DNA of 63,786 nucleotides, counting the filler, from Choristocarpus tenellus KU-1152 (lineage: Eukaryota; Protista; Phaeophyceae): NCBI GenBank assembly GCA_964200185.2. It is 9 parts of 9 records of this genome, joined end to end, with 100 filler letters (N's around TTAATTAATTAA, not from the genome) between each part and the next. Parts side by side here need not be neighbours in the genome. Positions count along the whole stretch, not along the records: positions 37,843 to 40,690 come from CAXNAD020024221.1; positions 40,791 to 45,926 come from CAXNAD020011758.1; positions 46,027 to 56,206 come from CAXNAD020003097.1; 6 more parts are not named here. One strand, 5' to 3'. The notes beneath the pieces were generated by a model, which did not search any database, was not told the DNA's origin, and was given only the letters and a program-made list of their open reading frames with translations. The translations under genes and the position numbers were made by a program. This document shows positions 37,873 through 51,335 of the stretch, in pieces (the stretch's first letter is position 1; every line of letters starts with the position of its first letter).

Positions 37873-39679
37873 ACTAATATCAAAGGGAAACAAACCCACC
37901 AACTCGTATCGTGACCTCGTTTGAATCCCACTCAGGAAACGTGGACTAAAGAGACTGCCCAAGATCAGTGCCGCTCGTTCGTGTAAGAAATCCCAAACGG
38001 ACCAGATCATGGACCTCTTCCTCTCCATGCTTGTCAACCACGATGGTCCAGAAGATATGGAAGGAAGCTGCCGCACTTGGAACGACCTTGCCTCTTGGTT
38101 GTTGGACGAGAAGAGCAGATTTGCACCAGTGGCGAGCGTGTTGCGAGTTGTGCTGGCTTGGGAACAATGCAAGTCCACACCTGATCTCCAAGTCAAGACA
38201 TTCCTAGAATGTGTAAAGAAAGATCTTAGCACCGATCACACCGGTCAGGCATACAAATCCATCCTTGTCGGCATCGCTCCTGATGTTGAAATAGGCCATG
38301 ACGGAGTGACATCGACGTTTCAACCCCTTCTATCCGCCACTGAATCTCTTTGCCACTGAAGACTTCGAGGTGCTGAGTGCTAGCTTTGTTGATGGAGTGC
38401 CAACTATTCACATGTCACGGACGGACAAGGTGAGAAACGCTTCTTGTTGCTTCTAAGAGAACAATGCCCCATACGAATGAATCCACACTGTCCATGTACA
38501 GATGTCACATATCCCATTATATCCCCTCTAACCCAAATACATCCCTCCTATTACGTCCAATCCTGATATCCAACCAGTGCCATTTTGTTCTCCTAATCTG
38601 CAACCGCCACTGACACCTTTCACATAATATTTCACAAGTTAGGTAGGGCAAATAAGCGTATCCCATTCATTCATTTCGCTGCCTAAGTGTATCCTCTATC
38701 AAATATAAAAATATCCGGTTCTCAACAAGATCAACAAACAACACCCCTATACAACCAAACACGGCCATCACGCGCAAACACATGCCAGGAGTCCTACACA
38801 CCAACACAGCCCCTGCAACGAACATATTTGTGGTGATACAGGACCCACAACCGGGTCCCCGCGTCGTCCCCCTTCAGGCTATCATCATCCCAGACTTCAC
38901 ATACATCGACCACAACTACCTTGACTACACATTCACGATCCTGCCTGAACAATATCCGAGGTTCACCTCGGAATCCAACCGGCAATCCCTCAGTGGGATA
39001 CCTGCTTGCTTCTATAGGTAACTCAGACTTGGGGACACATCCGACGCCAGGTTCGGTCGAGGAACCAGCTTCATCCTTCGCGCGAGTGGGGGGGCCATCA
39101 TACAGGGGAAGGTCAGCGATGTTCACATAGATGGTTCAGGGGCGTACATTTACTCAGTGTCCTACCTCCCGGACGATGGTGAAAAATCTTTGTCCCCTCA
39201 ACTGGGTTCGTACATGACAGTGGACGAGATCGAGGAGGGTGTCAACCAACTTCGAGAGAGAAGAACAAGAGGGATAGTGACGAGGCTGCAGCCCTGTGTG
39301 TCAGATAATGCCGTCGGTTGATTGTTGATCACCAGCGGAAGTGTAGGGACATGTAGAAGGATACATAGAAATATATACCCTTGAACCGACACTGAGTTAT
39401 GTGCCAGATTTAGATAAGGGGGAAGCACTCAATGCCAGAGCCAAGGGCAAGGGATTATACTTCAGATGGGACGATCAGTGGATGCGAGGGACCGTGACCA
39501 AGTACCAGCCCCACTACACGGTGAAAGTTAGAGAGGAGCGAGTCAGCTACCCCTACGAGGTCAAATGGGAGAATGGTGACTTGCGAAATATCCAACTTCT
39601 TGTCCAGCACTACAATACAGACCAAGACGCTCCTACACGGGCCTGGTTCTGGACAAGTCCTACACTGTCACCATACTGA
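37873..39679 (+). pseudogene. Disrupted gene of unknown function ending in Tudor-like beta-barrel module(s)
   Basis: A long coding-like frame with a stop (37871-38359), a frameshifted segment IIQGKVSDVHIDGSGAYIYSVSYLPDDGE (~39097), and an intact ORF 39401-39679 reading LYFRWDDQWMRGTVTKY...YPYEVKWENGD...HYNTDQDAPTRAWFW. Confidence 0.45.
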
Positions 39680-40066
39680 CGAGAGACACATGGCTTTGAG
39701 GAGCAACATAGGCCAATTTATGTTCGTGAGTCACCCTCTACTTCGCCAATCCGACACATGCCTCGACAGACATGTTATGATGGAGAGATCGGACGTTCTC
39801 TAAATCAATGGACTTATACATTTGGTATATTGAATATATTGTCTTCCCGAAGTGTTTGTGTTTTTATGTGTCCTCATACGCATATTTTTATTGGCCTGGT
39901 AGCAACCTAGATTTCATCTCCATTAGTGCATTCTGCCACCACCCTCTAATACTTTTACTGCCATGCCCCAATTCTTTTTCCTCCCCTCTTTGCGCTTACC
40001 GGACCACAGAGCAACTGACAGAAACATTACTGGAAATACGTTGACCCACAAGCACCTCGTACTCCA

Positions 40067-40323
40067 GAGCCAGAGTATCTTAGAGGGTAGAGCCGCGTTC
40101 ATTTGGGGCCAAAATCCAATGTTGCGATTTTGGTTTAATTTTGACTATCTTGTTTGTTAGGAAGTGTCAATATCCTTGCTCCGAACACACCTTTTCAGAA
40201 CGTACACATTTTACCTATTCCAAAACATTTTGGAGTAGGAAAATGTCATAATAACCCCGAGGGAAGCCAAGCCCCAAATGGACAAACAGGGTAGAACTCG
40301 TACCCTCTAAGATACTTTCACTC
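40067..40323 (+). mobile_element. MITE family S (Sola2-like), full copy, TSD TCCA
   Basis: TCCA|GAGCCAGAGTATCTTAGAGGGTA ... TACCCTCTAAGATACTTTCACTC|TCCA. Confidence 0.9.
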
Positions 40324-40618
40324 TCCATACCACCATCTTCAGCACAAGCCGAGATTTCCACAACAGATTACCTCCGTTCCACACCCAAACCAAGCTGCGG
40401 CAACCACACCGGCTCCAAGCATTTTATTTCCAACGGAAGTTCCCTGAGCCATAATAACATAGTCTACACCCACTCAAGCGCCAAGGGTAGGTCCTAAAGG
40501 AATTTTAGTCCAAAATGGGCCAAAGTATCTTAAGGGGGGGTGCCGGCGTCCGGTTTTCACTCTTTTTCGATTTTCCCTTTTTGGTGCGATATGGTCGCAT
40601 GTGTCGGATTTGAAATGT

Positions 40619-40690
40619 GAGTGAAAGTATCTTAGAGGGTACGAATTTTGCCCTGTTTGTCCATTTGGGGCTTGGCTTCCCATGGTTTTT
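40619..40690 (-). mobile_element. MITE family S, inverted partial copy ~100 bp inside a related element end (40517), truncated by contig end
   Basis: GAGTGAAAGTATCTTAGAGGGTACG...GTCCATTTGGGGCTTGGCTTCCC is the reverse complement of the family S right end. The related terminus GGGCCAAAGTATCTTAAGGGGGGG is at 40517. Confidence 0.85.
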
Positions 40691-40914
40691 NNNNNNNNNN
40701 NNNNNNNNNNNNNNNNNNNNNNNNNNNNNNNNNNTTAATTAATTAANNNNNNNNNNNNNNNNNNNNNNNNNNNNNNNNNNNNNNNNNNNNGGGGGGGGGG
40801 GGGGGGGATGGGGGGAGGAGATATTGCACAGTCCAACCCTAGCTCTTTTGTACAATCTATAAATATATACGTACATAATACATACATAATACATACATAA
40901 TACATACATACATA

Positions 40915-41173
40915 GAGCCAAATTATCTTAGAGGGTAGGGCCGCGTCCATTTGGGGGCCAAAATCCAATGCTGTGAATTTGATGTAATTTTGGCGACCGT
41001 GTTTGTTAGGAAGTGTCAATATCCTTGTTCCGAATACACCTTTTCATAACGTATACATTTTACCTACTCCAAACCTTTTTTGGAGTAGGAAAATGTCATA
41101 AAAAACCCATGGGAAGCCAAGCCCCAAATGGACAATCAGGGCAGAACTCGTGCCCTCTAAGATACTTTCACTC
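40915..41173 (+). mobile_element. MITE family S, full copy, TSD CATA, inserted in a (CATA)n-type microsatellite
   Basis: CATA|GAGCCAAATTATCTTAGAGGGTA ... CCCTCTAAGATACTTTCACTC|CATA. Confidence 0.9.
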
Positions 41174-41895
41174 CATACATACATTCGATTTTAAAGTCTA
41201 GTGTTTTTGCTCATCTTCTATTGTAGAGTTGTGTATAATGTTATAGCAACAGGTTTGATTTGATTCAAGCTTTCACATATCTACAAAATTTCATTAACCA
41301 ATCTATTCGTACATATGCCAATATTGTTCAAGACCTAGCTACAACGAGAGTAGGTATTTAGGGTCTATCCATATATTCTATATCATTTTCTTATTATGCC
41401 CTCGGACGTTTTGCAGATGTGCCAGGGAAAAAATAATGCAGACTACTCACATGTCTAAAAAATCTCTAAGGAAGTAACAGTTGTCACAAAAGTGAAAAGT
41501 GGCAATCTATTTCCTATTTTACTACGCGTATCTACGTTGTACTACTGCCTTCCTGTGTCTCAATCCTATTCCTGTACCCAAGGGGGAGGGGCTAGCGAGG
41601 CATCCCACGAATCTAACAAGCCCCTTCTTGCCCATCTCCCTGGTTTCTCCAGGTTAAAGCGCATGACCCTTTGCCATTGTATAGTGTATATGACTTGACT
41701 GTAGGCTTCTGGCCTCAACGGTATATCATGCACAAGAAATAGTAGGGTCAGGGTTACCTAGAAAAGGAGAAAATAAAAGACGTCGAAAACACTTAAGGTT
41801 AGGGTTACTAAGAAAAAGGTTAATAAGAAATATAATGTACACATACAACAAGAAACATATTTGCTGAGTGACAAGTGGCAACAACTATTGCATAC

Positions 41896-44800
41896 CTCTC
41901 AATTAACCCTCTCCCAACATCTGTATACGAACTTCCGAATATGGTAACAGGAGGAGGAGGTAGTGCTGAGGCCGGAGGACGCAGCCAAGGTGTCTGAGGG
42001 AAAGAAAATAATAAATGCCTTTATAGAGTGCTGGTTATGGGTTGGGTTGGGTCCTGGGAGGATGACTTCACAATGAGCAGACTACTATGGAGTCGTTGGA
42101 AGTGATGCTGGCACAGGAATAGGTAAGGGCGATTTCCGGGGAATTGTTGGTGAACATACATGTGCACGATCACCATTTACCCCGACATTCTCATGATCGT
42201 TAAGGGGGTTCCAAAGAGTGAAGCCTCACTCTTATCCGTGTCTGATACTACTTCTCGTCTGATGTTGCCACTAGTCCACATAGGGGGGTATCAAATCTCA
42301 GCGGGATAATGATGGTGGTGGAAATCCTTGATTGATCAGTCATATATCATTTGCCGCATCAGTCATGTAGTAGATTCCAAATGAAAAACACCTTCATTGT
42401 GGTGTGGAGACGGGTGGGGTGATATTGAAGCCCCTATTCATTCCGGCTCGTGTGTGTCTCCTAGGGACAGAGCACACCAAGAATGTTGAAGTATGTACTA
42501 CATGCTGCCCATCAAATATTGCCCTGCAAGGTATCAAACATAATGTCTTCTTGTGGCCCTGATAGTTGTTGAGACATTAGCCAGACCCACGGCATACAGT
42601 CAAAACTGCAGAGGGTATACAACTATATGCAATGTGTTAGCACCTTGGCAAGAACAAAAGAAGCTGTTCGGAGGAAGAGGGTTCAGGTTTTGACACAAGG
42701 GGGGATGGACACTGCCCATCTGCCTTGAAGATGCCATACTTGCTCTCTGAGGCTGGGATGCGTTGCCCCTTTTCTTGTCTTGTGCCCCAATTTAGTTCGC
42801 TCTCTTCCCTCAGAAAAATGAAGAGCCTCATTCCCCTATTTTCCTTTTTGTGGTGTGGTGGATGTGAGTAGTCCAGATAAATAATAATAGCAGAGTACAG
42901 TGTAGTAGGTAGTGGGAGGGTAATGCTGCAGTGAAGTGGATTGGGTCATCACTCAATGTTTATTCTTAGTCTCGAAATGTGTACCATATTTGAAAATAGA
43001 TGTAAGTTCAGATAAGATCACAAGCAAGGAATTAATGAGACGGTCATTTGCTGTCCTCCAGTCTCCCACTCATAAGACAGCTGTCCAAACAAAAGTCAGT
43101 CTGTGGCAAAATACATTTGAATATTTTGCTGCTGTTACAGTAGCAATGATCAATCTCTTCCCCTTACACATAATTTATATATATTCATACTAGCACATAC
43201 ACACACACAGACATACATGGATGTAAGAGATCCTTGCTTCCTTGCATGCATTTCAAAACATATTTTCCGTGTATCTACACTTTTCGATATAGCAACGAAG
43301 GTGGGCATCCATACACCTGACATAACACAAGACAGTCTGATAGGGTCCCCAATAACGTACAAATACCGTATGAAAGTAATTCAAGTATTGACCCATTCTT
43401 TGCTCCAAATCGTACACCTACGTTCTAATACATTGCCATGACCCAAAGTATCTTAGAGGGTAGAGCTGCGTCCATTTGGGTGCAAAATTCCAATTTTACA
43501 AGTTTGATGTAATTTTGGCTATCATGTTTGTTAGGAGATGTCAATATCCTTGTTCCGGAGACACCTTTTCATAACTATACATTTTACCTACTCCTAAACA
43601 TTTTGGAGTGGGTAAAAGGTCATTAAACACCCGTGAGAAGCCATGACCCAAATGGACAAACAGAGAAAACCTCGTACCCTCTAAGATACTTTCACTCCCA
43701 CTTACCATTCACTCTCCCAAATTACATGGATGAATCACTCATCCCTAGTTGACAGCGCATCGACATCTCCCAACTGCATCGACCACGTTAATTTCATTAG
43801 CCATTTCTTCATTGTGCTGCCTTTGGCTGGGTTGAGCCTTCCTCACTACTACTGACAAACCTTGTATTCCATTGCTTGACCCCTCCTTGCCACAGACTTT
43901 AACATATATACACAAGCAATAATGAACTAACCAATACTGGAGTATACGTATTACTTCAAACTAAGGAACCGCATAGATTTCTGAAGGGAAAACTTTAGTT
44001 GAGTGATGTTTTTCCTTTTCAGCTAGACCACCTCCCACGCCTTTCCCATGGTCTATTTTGTGATATCTCTTTGAAAATAGTCGAAGGATATGGTCATGGG
44101 TGGGTTGAGGACATGAAGGAAGAAGATGAGGTAGGGTCATTGACCCCGTAGCGCATTTGCAATGGACAATGAAGAAGTTAACAAGAATGATGAGAAAAGC
44201 AACAATTCTTTGTTCACCGTTAATGAGAAACTGCAGTGGGTCCTTCGGACATGGGTTGATTGTCCTTGTATGCCCCAAAGTTGGCAGTATGCAGAGTGGC
44301 TTTTGTCAATAGCAATAGGCTTGTCATTGCTGAAGGGGTGTTCTGGTGCCATCTTGAAGTTGCAAGTGAATCCCGCAATTCCTACATCTGCTACAACTCT
44401 CACCCCCCTTCCTTCTCCTGTGAGAGGCTCTGGAACTATTTAATGTACAAGGACGACAGCATCACAGTTGTCAAAGACGTTCTTTTTCTTGGGAAGAATC
44501 AACACGTCCACAACTATTTGTACTATAGTCCAAGACAAATGGATCGCTATCAACCTCCATGTTTTTCACGCTCTTGGTCAGCCTATGTGCACTTGTTAGC
44601 AGAGAGGGGTTGATAATTGCAAGTACTAGGTAGCAGACTTTATTACTCTTTTTTCCACGCAATTGCAACTACCACTAATTGAACACATGTAACATGCAGA
44701 CACGTTGCCCCAAACAACAACGGCACTGTGTGCAGCTACTCTAGATGTGGTGCTTAGGTATAATCCGGGGTCCCTGGTACCACCAAGGATGAGTTAAGAA

Positions 44801-45040
44801 ATATTGATATGGTCCCTACTCAGTATAGCACGTAGATCAGCACATTCCCGAGCATGTTCCACGGTCTCTCTTGTCTGGTTTGACGTTGTTGAGCTTGAAC
44901 AACATTTTTTTCCCTCAGCAATGCTAACTCCTAGTGGGTTCCTGATGTGTCTGGGTTCAATTCTGATCGTCTCATCTGCGTTTGTGTGTGGATTTGTGTG
45001 AGGAAACAAGGGGAGGGGGTGATATACCATATTGTGGTCC
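41896..45040 (-). CDS. Candidate exons of a low-complexity hypothetical protein
   Basis: One AG...GT-bounded open exon at 41993-41896 (TPWLRPPASALPPPPVTIFGSSYTDVGRGLIE) and exon-like open stretches at ~42810-42643 and ~45040-44830. The chain was not resolved. Confidence 0.3.
43440..43697 (+). mobile_element. MITE family S, older full copy, TSD CCAT/CCAC
   Basis: CCAT|GACCCAAAGTATCTTAGAGGGTA ... TACCCTCTAAGATACTTTCACTC|CCAC. Confidence 0.88.
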
Positions 45041-45849
45041 CTGACACAGAACAAGAACAGCAAATCGGGGTGTGAGAGGAATAGTATAACAGTACAGTAG
45101 TGTACAGTGCATGCTTGGAAGATATATCTGATATTATACTCCAGAGTATTTAATTGATGTGTGTAAGATATACCTTCAATTTAGCCAGGGGAATAATAGC
45201 TCCAGATGACATGGTAAGAAGCATCACACACTGCACTACTACACAACTATTTTTTGCACTATGACTAGCTGCTCTGTCTCCCTTCATGTTTTGCTTCTCG
45301 CGCGTTGGGTCAGTCATCCAATCCCTCTGCAACGAAATCTTGCCACCTCGTTTCAGTACCCCGACGTTTTGCGGTACAAAATGTGTAGTACCGAAGAGAA
45401 TAGTTTGTGTGTACAATCTGCATTGCTTGCCACCGTGTGGACTTTCGGATCGTTGAAGAAACCGTATATTTCTGAAAACAAGTTGGGAGAACAAACGAGC
45501 TGGAGGGTATCACGACTGAAATATGTAATAATTCAGCATCAAAAAGAACCAAAAATCGACTCATGGTATGACCAAAAAAGGTCTTGCCTACTATATCTAA
45601 TATGCATATTTGTACAGCACACACGCACATACACACACGTGTAGAAAACTATTGTGTAGATTGTGACCAATTTACTACACGAAAACATCTTCCATTTACA
45701 AGTTTAGGTAGGAGGTTTGACTCATAAAAAAATCATACTGTGTAAGTATTATTGTACTCCTACAAACAGTTTTTGTTCATAATACATGGTGCATGTAAAT
45801 TCGTATTTCAACATTTCTAATTTGATATATTGTGAGAGCCACATTCCAC

Positions 45850-45926
45850 AGAAGGTATACCCTGAATGTTACCTGTCTTGAATATCGTGTAGAAGGTATA
45901 CCCTGAAGGTTACCTATCTTGAACAT
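45850..45926. repeat. 41-bp tandem repeat (~2 copies, cut by contig end)
   Basis: AGAAGGTATACCCTGAA(T/G)GTTACCT(G/A)TCTTGAA occurs at 45850 and 45891. Confidence 0.85.
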
Positions 45927-46448
45927 NNNNNNNNNNNNNNNNNNNNNNNNNNNNNNNNNNNNNNNNNNNNTTAATTAATTAANNNNNNNNNNNNNNNNNN
46001 NNNNNNNNNNNNNNNNNNNNNNNNNNACCCAGAAACGGGGGGGGAAGGGGGAAAGGGAGAAACAACAAGAGAGTAAAAACAAAAAGTAGTGTGCAAACTA
46101 TACACAACACACTGCTTCCATTTTGTTTATTATTTGTCCCTTGCCTTTCAGTCCGAAACTACTCCTACGCCAAAAAAAAATCACAAGACACCCCCATTTA
46201 CAGCACTCCATACACGCAGTAAAACACACACACACACACACACACAACACACACACACTTCTTGTGAACCCAAATTTAGAGGAGCCGTACACAATTCCAT
46301 CTGGGACATGAGCCGACTATCTATTGCTCTGTAGAACCTGAAAAATGCATTCCCACGAGGCAGACCACTGCTCCATTGCGCCGGTCACTTACTACCCCTA
46401 ACCCTATACCTAACCCCAACCATAACACACAAATGAAATGATACACAC

Positions 46449-49400
46449 CTTGAAGCTTCCCATGCAGCGCGCCACTACCACATCAGCCTGATAACCCACC
46501 CGCAGATCCCCAGCTCCAACAGATTCAGTCCCTGGGCCTGCGTATGTCGATACCTGTAAGGAAATGGAATTGGGCACAGCATTGGAGGGGTGGGGAAGGT
46601 GGCCAGGAGGGGGGTCCAGGCAATGCTTCTAATCTAAGGAGCTTGGAATGAATTCACCGATCTGAGCACTAATAAACTATATATGTACACACAGTGAACA
46701 TACTCATCCGTACTAAGCATGTCTAGAAGTGTCAAAAAGCTGAAACCCATGCACCAAAAAAATCCAAAAACAAACATACAGAGGCACTACAAAGAAAAGA
46801 ACCCGCAACACTATTTTGTGGGGGGAGGGGAGGACTATTTTTTTTAAGTGAAATGGAGGGATCATGATAGCCTGCGACACCTTGTGTGAGCAACAGTACA
46901 TGTTTGTTACCACACACAAGTCTTGTCAGTTAACCCCCCATTTAGAGGAACAGGCAATCCAGGTTCCATCGCCATACTGCATTCAAGACCTGGAAAAAAA
47001 AAGATTTTTAGTACTACTCATAATCATTATTATTTCTGTCTTGGATTCTTCAAGCTGGCATCATAAAGACGCTGGAGTAGGTACTTATATCGAGGCGGAT
47101 TCATATCAACGGATAGTCTACAGCCTAAGGCCCTCATGATAGCACCAATGCTTAGGTTCTTTGATCAGTACAATCAGGGTACATACAAGTCAAATCACCT
47201 CTCCTACTACACAAACACCCTCAACCCAGTCGAATCCTTGTAGTATACTGTCTCTGTAACGTCATAACCACAGAGATAATTTCCAACTTTATAACCAACC
47301 CCCCTCAAAACCAGTCTGCAGGGATCAGATAGTACGCAGAGCCTTCCAACACCAGTAAGAACAGGAGTAGATGATGCCCGTCTCCACCACCATGAGTCTC
47401 TTGCCAAAACCCACCATTCCCACAAATACCAATAGTGTGGTAGTAGCGCATTGTACCAATAAAGAATTTTTCTTGTGTAAAAACATCACACAGGGTTTCT
47501 TCTCAGAGATCTTTTCAGCAACATCACCTCCCACACCTACTCCTGTCTACACTGCCAAGTACTATCAATTATTGAGATACCACTACAGCACCAGGTGAGT
47601 CAGTTGCAACTAAATCAAAGACCGTGCATTTGAACCCTAGGTGGAGCACTTGCCAGACTGACTCCCTACAGCAGGACAAGAAAGTGGAGTGAGAAGGGGG
47701 TCCTTGTCATGGGTTCAGTGGGTTGCGCAAAGTTTGAGATGACTGCTAAGGAAGTGTGCACATGATTAGTTGGATGACGACCCATGAATTAAAAGTTGGG
47801 TAGCACCCCACCCTCTGATTTTGTGAAATAATGAGATACCAATGAACTGTCTGGGCAGTCAGTCATGATCTCAATATTGAACACACCAGCCCCAGACAAA
47901 CAAACAGAATTTTTATCAACTCATCAGACCTGCTTGTGCACATGCATTACAAACGGCTCCGTTCTCATATCATATTGTAGTTCAAACACAGTACAAATAT
48001 CACTCCTACTCTCCACCAGTCCCCCAAATCCTCACTTCCTGCAGCAGACGTGCAACCTCAGCAGCAGGTGTTTCTGGTTCTCCCTCCATGATCTTAGACT
48101 TGATCTCAGACACCTCCACCAGGAAGCTATCACTGGCAAACCTATGGTGAGGAAGACATGCCACCTTGACACTCACAACATCCTCCAAGGAGGCATTGGC
48201 AAAACCCTTTCACACACACACACACACACACAAAGTGGGTATGAACTAAGCTTGAGTTGCATTATTTGATTGGATTTGTTAGATTGTGTTGAGGAGGTTA
48301 GCAGACCAGCTGGTAGAATAGTGTGCAGTGGGTAAGTGGTGGAAGAAGCGACATGCAATAATAACAATAATGAGAAACGACTACAATACTGTGGGCAATG
48401 GAGGATGCTGATCCAGCATTGAGAGTAGCTGGTCATCAAGAAGTGCAAAAAGAGAGGACGTATGCCTGGAAATCCTGAACAGGATTGTTCTTATCTTAGA
48501 GATATTTGGAACATGGAAACATATAACCTTGCCATTCTGTAGAATGTGTGTGTGAGAGAGAGAAAGGGAGAGTCAGCGTGAATAAGTGCCGAAGGGGGAG
48601 AGGGCAAGAGCTTGGTTGGGATGGGTCTCTCAGAAGCTTGCTCACATTGCAGGACTGCAGTGCAGAGCGGAGCACAGTTCCACCAATAATCTGCCTCCAC
48701 ACAGCGATTGGGTTATCTACCTCACCTCCGGCTTGACTGCGTCAGCCCATAGTGTGCTGAGTCGGTTGCCTACGGCTTGTCGCACATCACCCTCGCTGCC
48801 CTCATTGCAGTCGCGAACAGCGACCACAAGCACCTTCTGCTGCTCGGGATCCACAACACCGTCATCGTAGAGCGAAAGGAGCTCCTCCAAAGCCGGCTGC
48901 AACAATATTTCGGGGTGGGGGTGTGAGCGAGGGTTATTGAGGATAGATTGGGACGCGGGGCGAGGTGATAAAGGCCGTTGGCGTTGAAACCGACAAGATG
49001 CCTGCTAATGTAGTTGAAGGAAAGATTTTTACTGGAGGATGTGATCCGCAGATCAAAAGATTACCTCCCCATCTCATCCAAGAGATACAACAATAAATAG
49101 GAAGAGATAAAGTAGCCGTTTATAACACACTCCTTTCATCCACCTACCTGCAGATCTGACATGGCCTCTGGTCGTGTGAGATCGTGCACAAGGACATTGT
49201 AGATGACGACATCCGAGACGGCAAGGGAAATCATGGTTTCCCCTGTGCCAACACGATATCCCCTGTCTTTAGGAGAGTATGAGCAGTCACTGCTCGCCTC
49301 CATCAGCGCCAAACCCTCCTCTGCTACAGTCCCCTCTCCAAACATTGACCTCATTAGGGTCGACTTCCCTGAGCCAGATGCACCCACGCATGCAACTGTC

Positions 49401-49534
49401 CGCACAGGTACTTCCCCACACTCCTTTAGTATGCTAACAATGTCACCCCCAGCGAAGGCCATAGGCATCACATTGGCATAGGCCTTCCCCATGAGGAGGA
49501 GCAGGCCAGCGGCCTTCGCCGCCCCACGCTTCAT
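46449..49534 (-). CDS. Divergent RHD3/SEY1-family dynamin-like GTPase, 5' part (continues off contig)
   Basis: Phase-0 exons 49534-49148, 48896-48726, 48206-48036 and 46553-46449. They encode the P-loop VACVGASGSGKSTLMRSMFG, SLAVSDVVIYNV, VLVVAVRD, LSTLWADAVKPE and LEDVVSVKVACLPH, all in RHD3/Sey1 order. Confidence 0.8.
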
Positions 49535-50482
49535 TGCGACACCCGGCTTCCTTTAGCCTCTACTAGGCAACAAGTGAGATGCAATCGAGAACCACCTCCT
49601 TTTTATATTCCCAACTATCAGCCACAGTCTTCCTTGGTGCTTGCAAGGGCCGATGCCTTCTCAGCAATCCAAGTAACTTTGTGTTGTAGGTCAACCAAGC
49701 GTTCTCCCTTGCCTCCCCGTGTCGAATTGTACGATACCGTATTGTGTATAAGTTGATGATTTCAACATGTATTTTTTGTTTGTTTCTTCAACCTCATCAC
49801 CTTGGACCCACCACCCACCACCGTTACCTCACGTGCAAAAGGTCAAGTCAATGAATTCCAGCTACTGGGCTAGGTACGATTAAACATATGGACTTGTTAC
49901 ATTCATGCAGCTAAAAGGGTACTTCAATTGTTGCTGGCACCTTGTCCAGCGGTTATCGGCCAACCATGGAAAACAATGAGGTTCAACGCGTTCTGTTGGT
50001 TTGTTTGATACAACCAACAACAGTACCTTGCCTTGCTCTCCTCAAGAATTAAGTCTCGTCTCTTCGTTATCGATGTTTTTCATCTATGAAGCCTTGATCA
50101 ACTCACAAGTTTCTCGAAAGATACTTGGCTATTCGAGAGACCAGAAAACCATAAGCCGTCGAGCATTCTGTCCGAGAAAACGTTTCCTTTCTGGCCAAAC
50201 ACAACATCGAACTTCTCTCGCCGTCGAGGAACGCCGCCACCAACCCGCCAACCGGCACAACTGACTCATGATGGAGGGGGGGGAAATAAGGACTTGACAA
50301 GACCAACATCTAGATGCAGAGGGTTTAATAAGGGCGAGATGCCAAACACGGTGAGCCTGCGAGTAAATCGACTATTCAAACACAATATGCATACGTCTAG
50401 GTAACTCCCATTACTCTTAGCTCGGGAAAACATTCCGTACCTCTATAGTGGGCCGTTGAAATAGTAATATGTGCATGTATAC

Positions 50483-50484
<2 letters not shown>

Positions 50485-50514
<30 letters not shown>
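50485..50514. repeat. (CT)n microsatellite; (CA)n tracts also at ~46224-46258 and 48211-48232
   Basis: Read directly from the sequence. Confidence 0.9.
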
Positions 50515-50517
<3 letters not shown>

Positions 50518-51335
50518 GATGTCCAATATATTTTTCGAGGAGTTCAACTCGCAGTTATGCAACATACAAGAGGGTCTAGAATATGGGTACCTACCTGTTG
50601 GAGCAATTTCATTTGTATTCATGTTGAGATTCGCCTCCTTTAAAGTCTTGCCTATAGAATGAGCCAAGATGCGTGGGAGATGAAGCAAACTGACACAAAT
50701 ACTTTGTCCCACTTTCAAATCTACAATCGCTCAAAGAAAGTTGCAGATTGATATAGTTTGTTGTGGGGGTAGACATCTTCAACGAAGCTACGATACAACC
50801 CATTGCAACAATAATGACAATTCCGTAATTGCCTTCCTTCAACCTGTTTGTTAGAATTGACAAGTAGGAACAACCCAGAACGATCTACAGGGAACTTCGA
50901 GGTAGTAGCGGTCGATCACTTCCTTGACAAGAGAATAAATATCATGGATAATTCAAAAAAGAGAAAATGTATCTTCAAAATGTGAGTTAGATACTCCTCA
51001 TTTTTCGTATACAGTTTAGCTGTAAGCGGTTAGAAACTCAGCAAGCTCGGCAAGAGAGAGGTTTGTAAGTCCAGGGCAATGACACGTCTAAGTCTTCAAG
51101 GGGGAAGTGCGGGAGGGGGGGGGGTTACTTGTGGTTGATCGTCCCTTCAAGTTAGTGATCTTAAGCTAAAGGAAAGGTGCGTTGATCAGGGGGGATCAAA
51201 GAGCCAAGCCAATCGAGAGGTAGGAAGGTTAGGACCCTTTTGGGATTCTAACTCATCTTTCTTGCCCTGTGCAATACACTCTATTTCATGGCATTATGTG
51301 CACCATCGTGTTGGCAAAATTGATACTCCCCCTAT

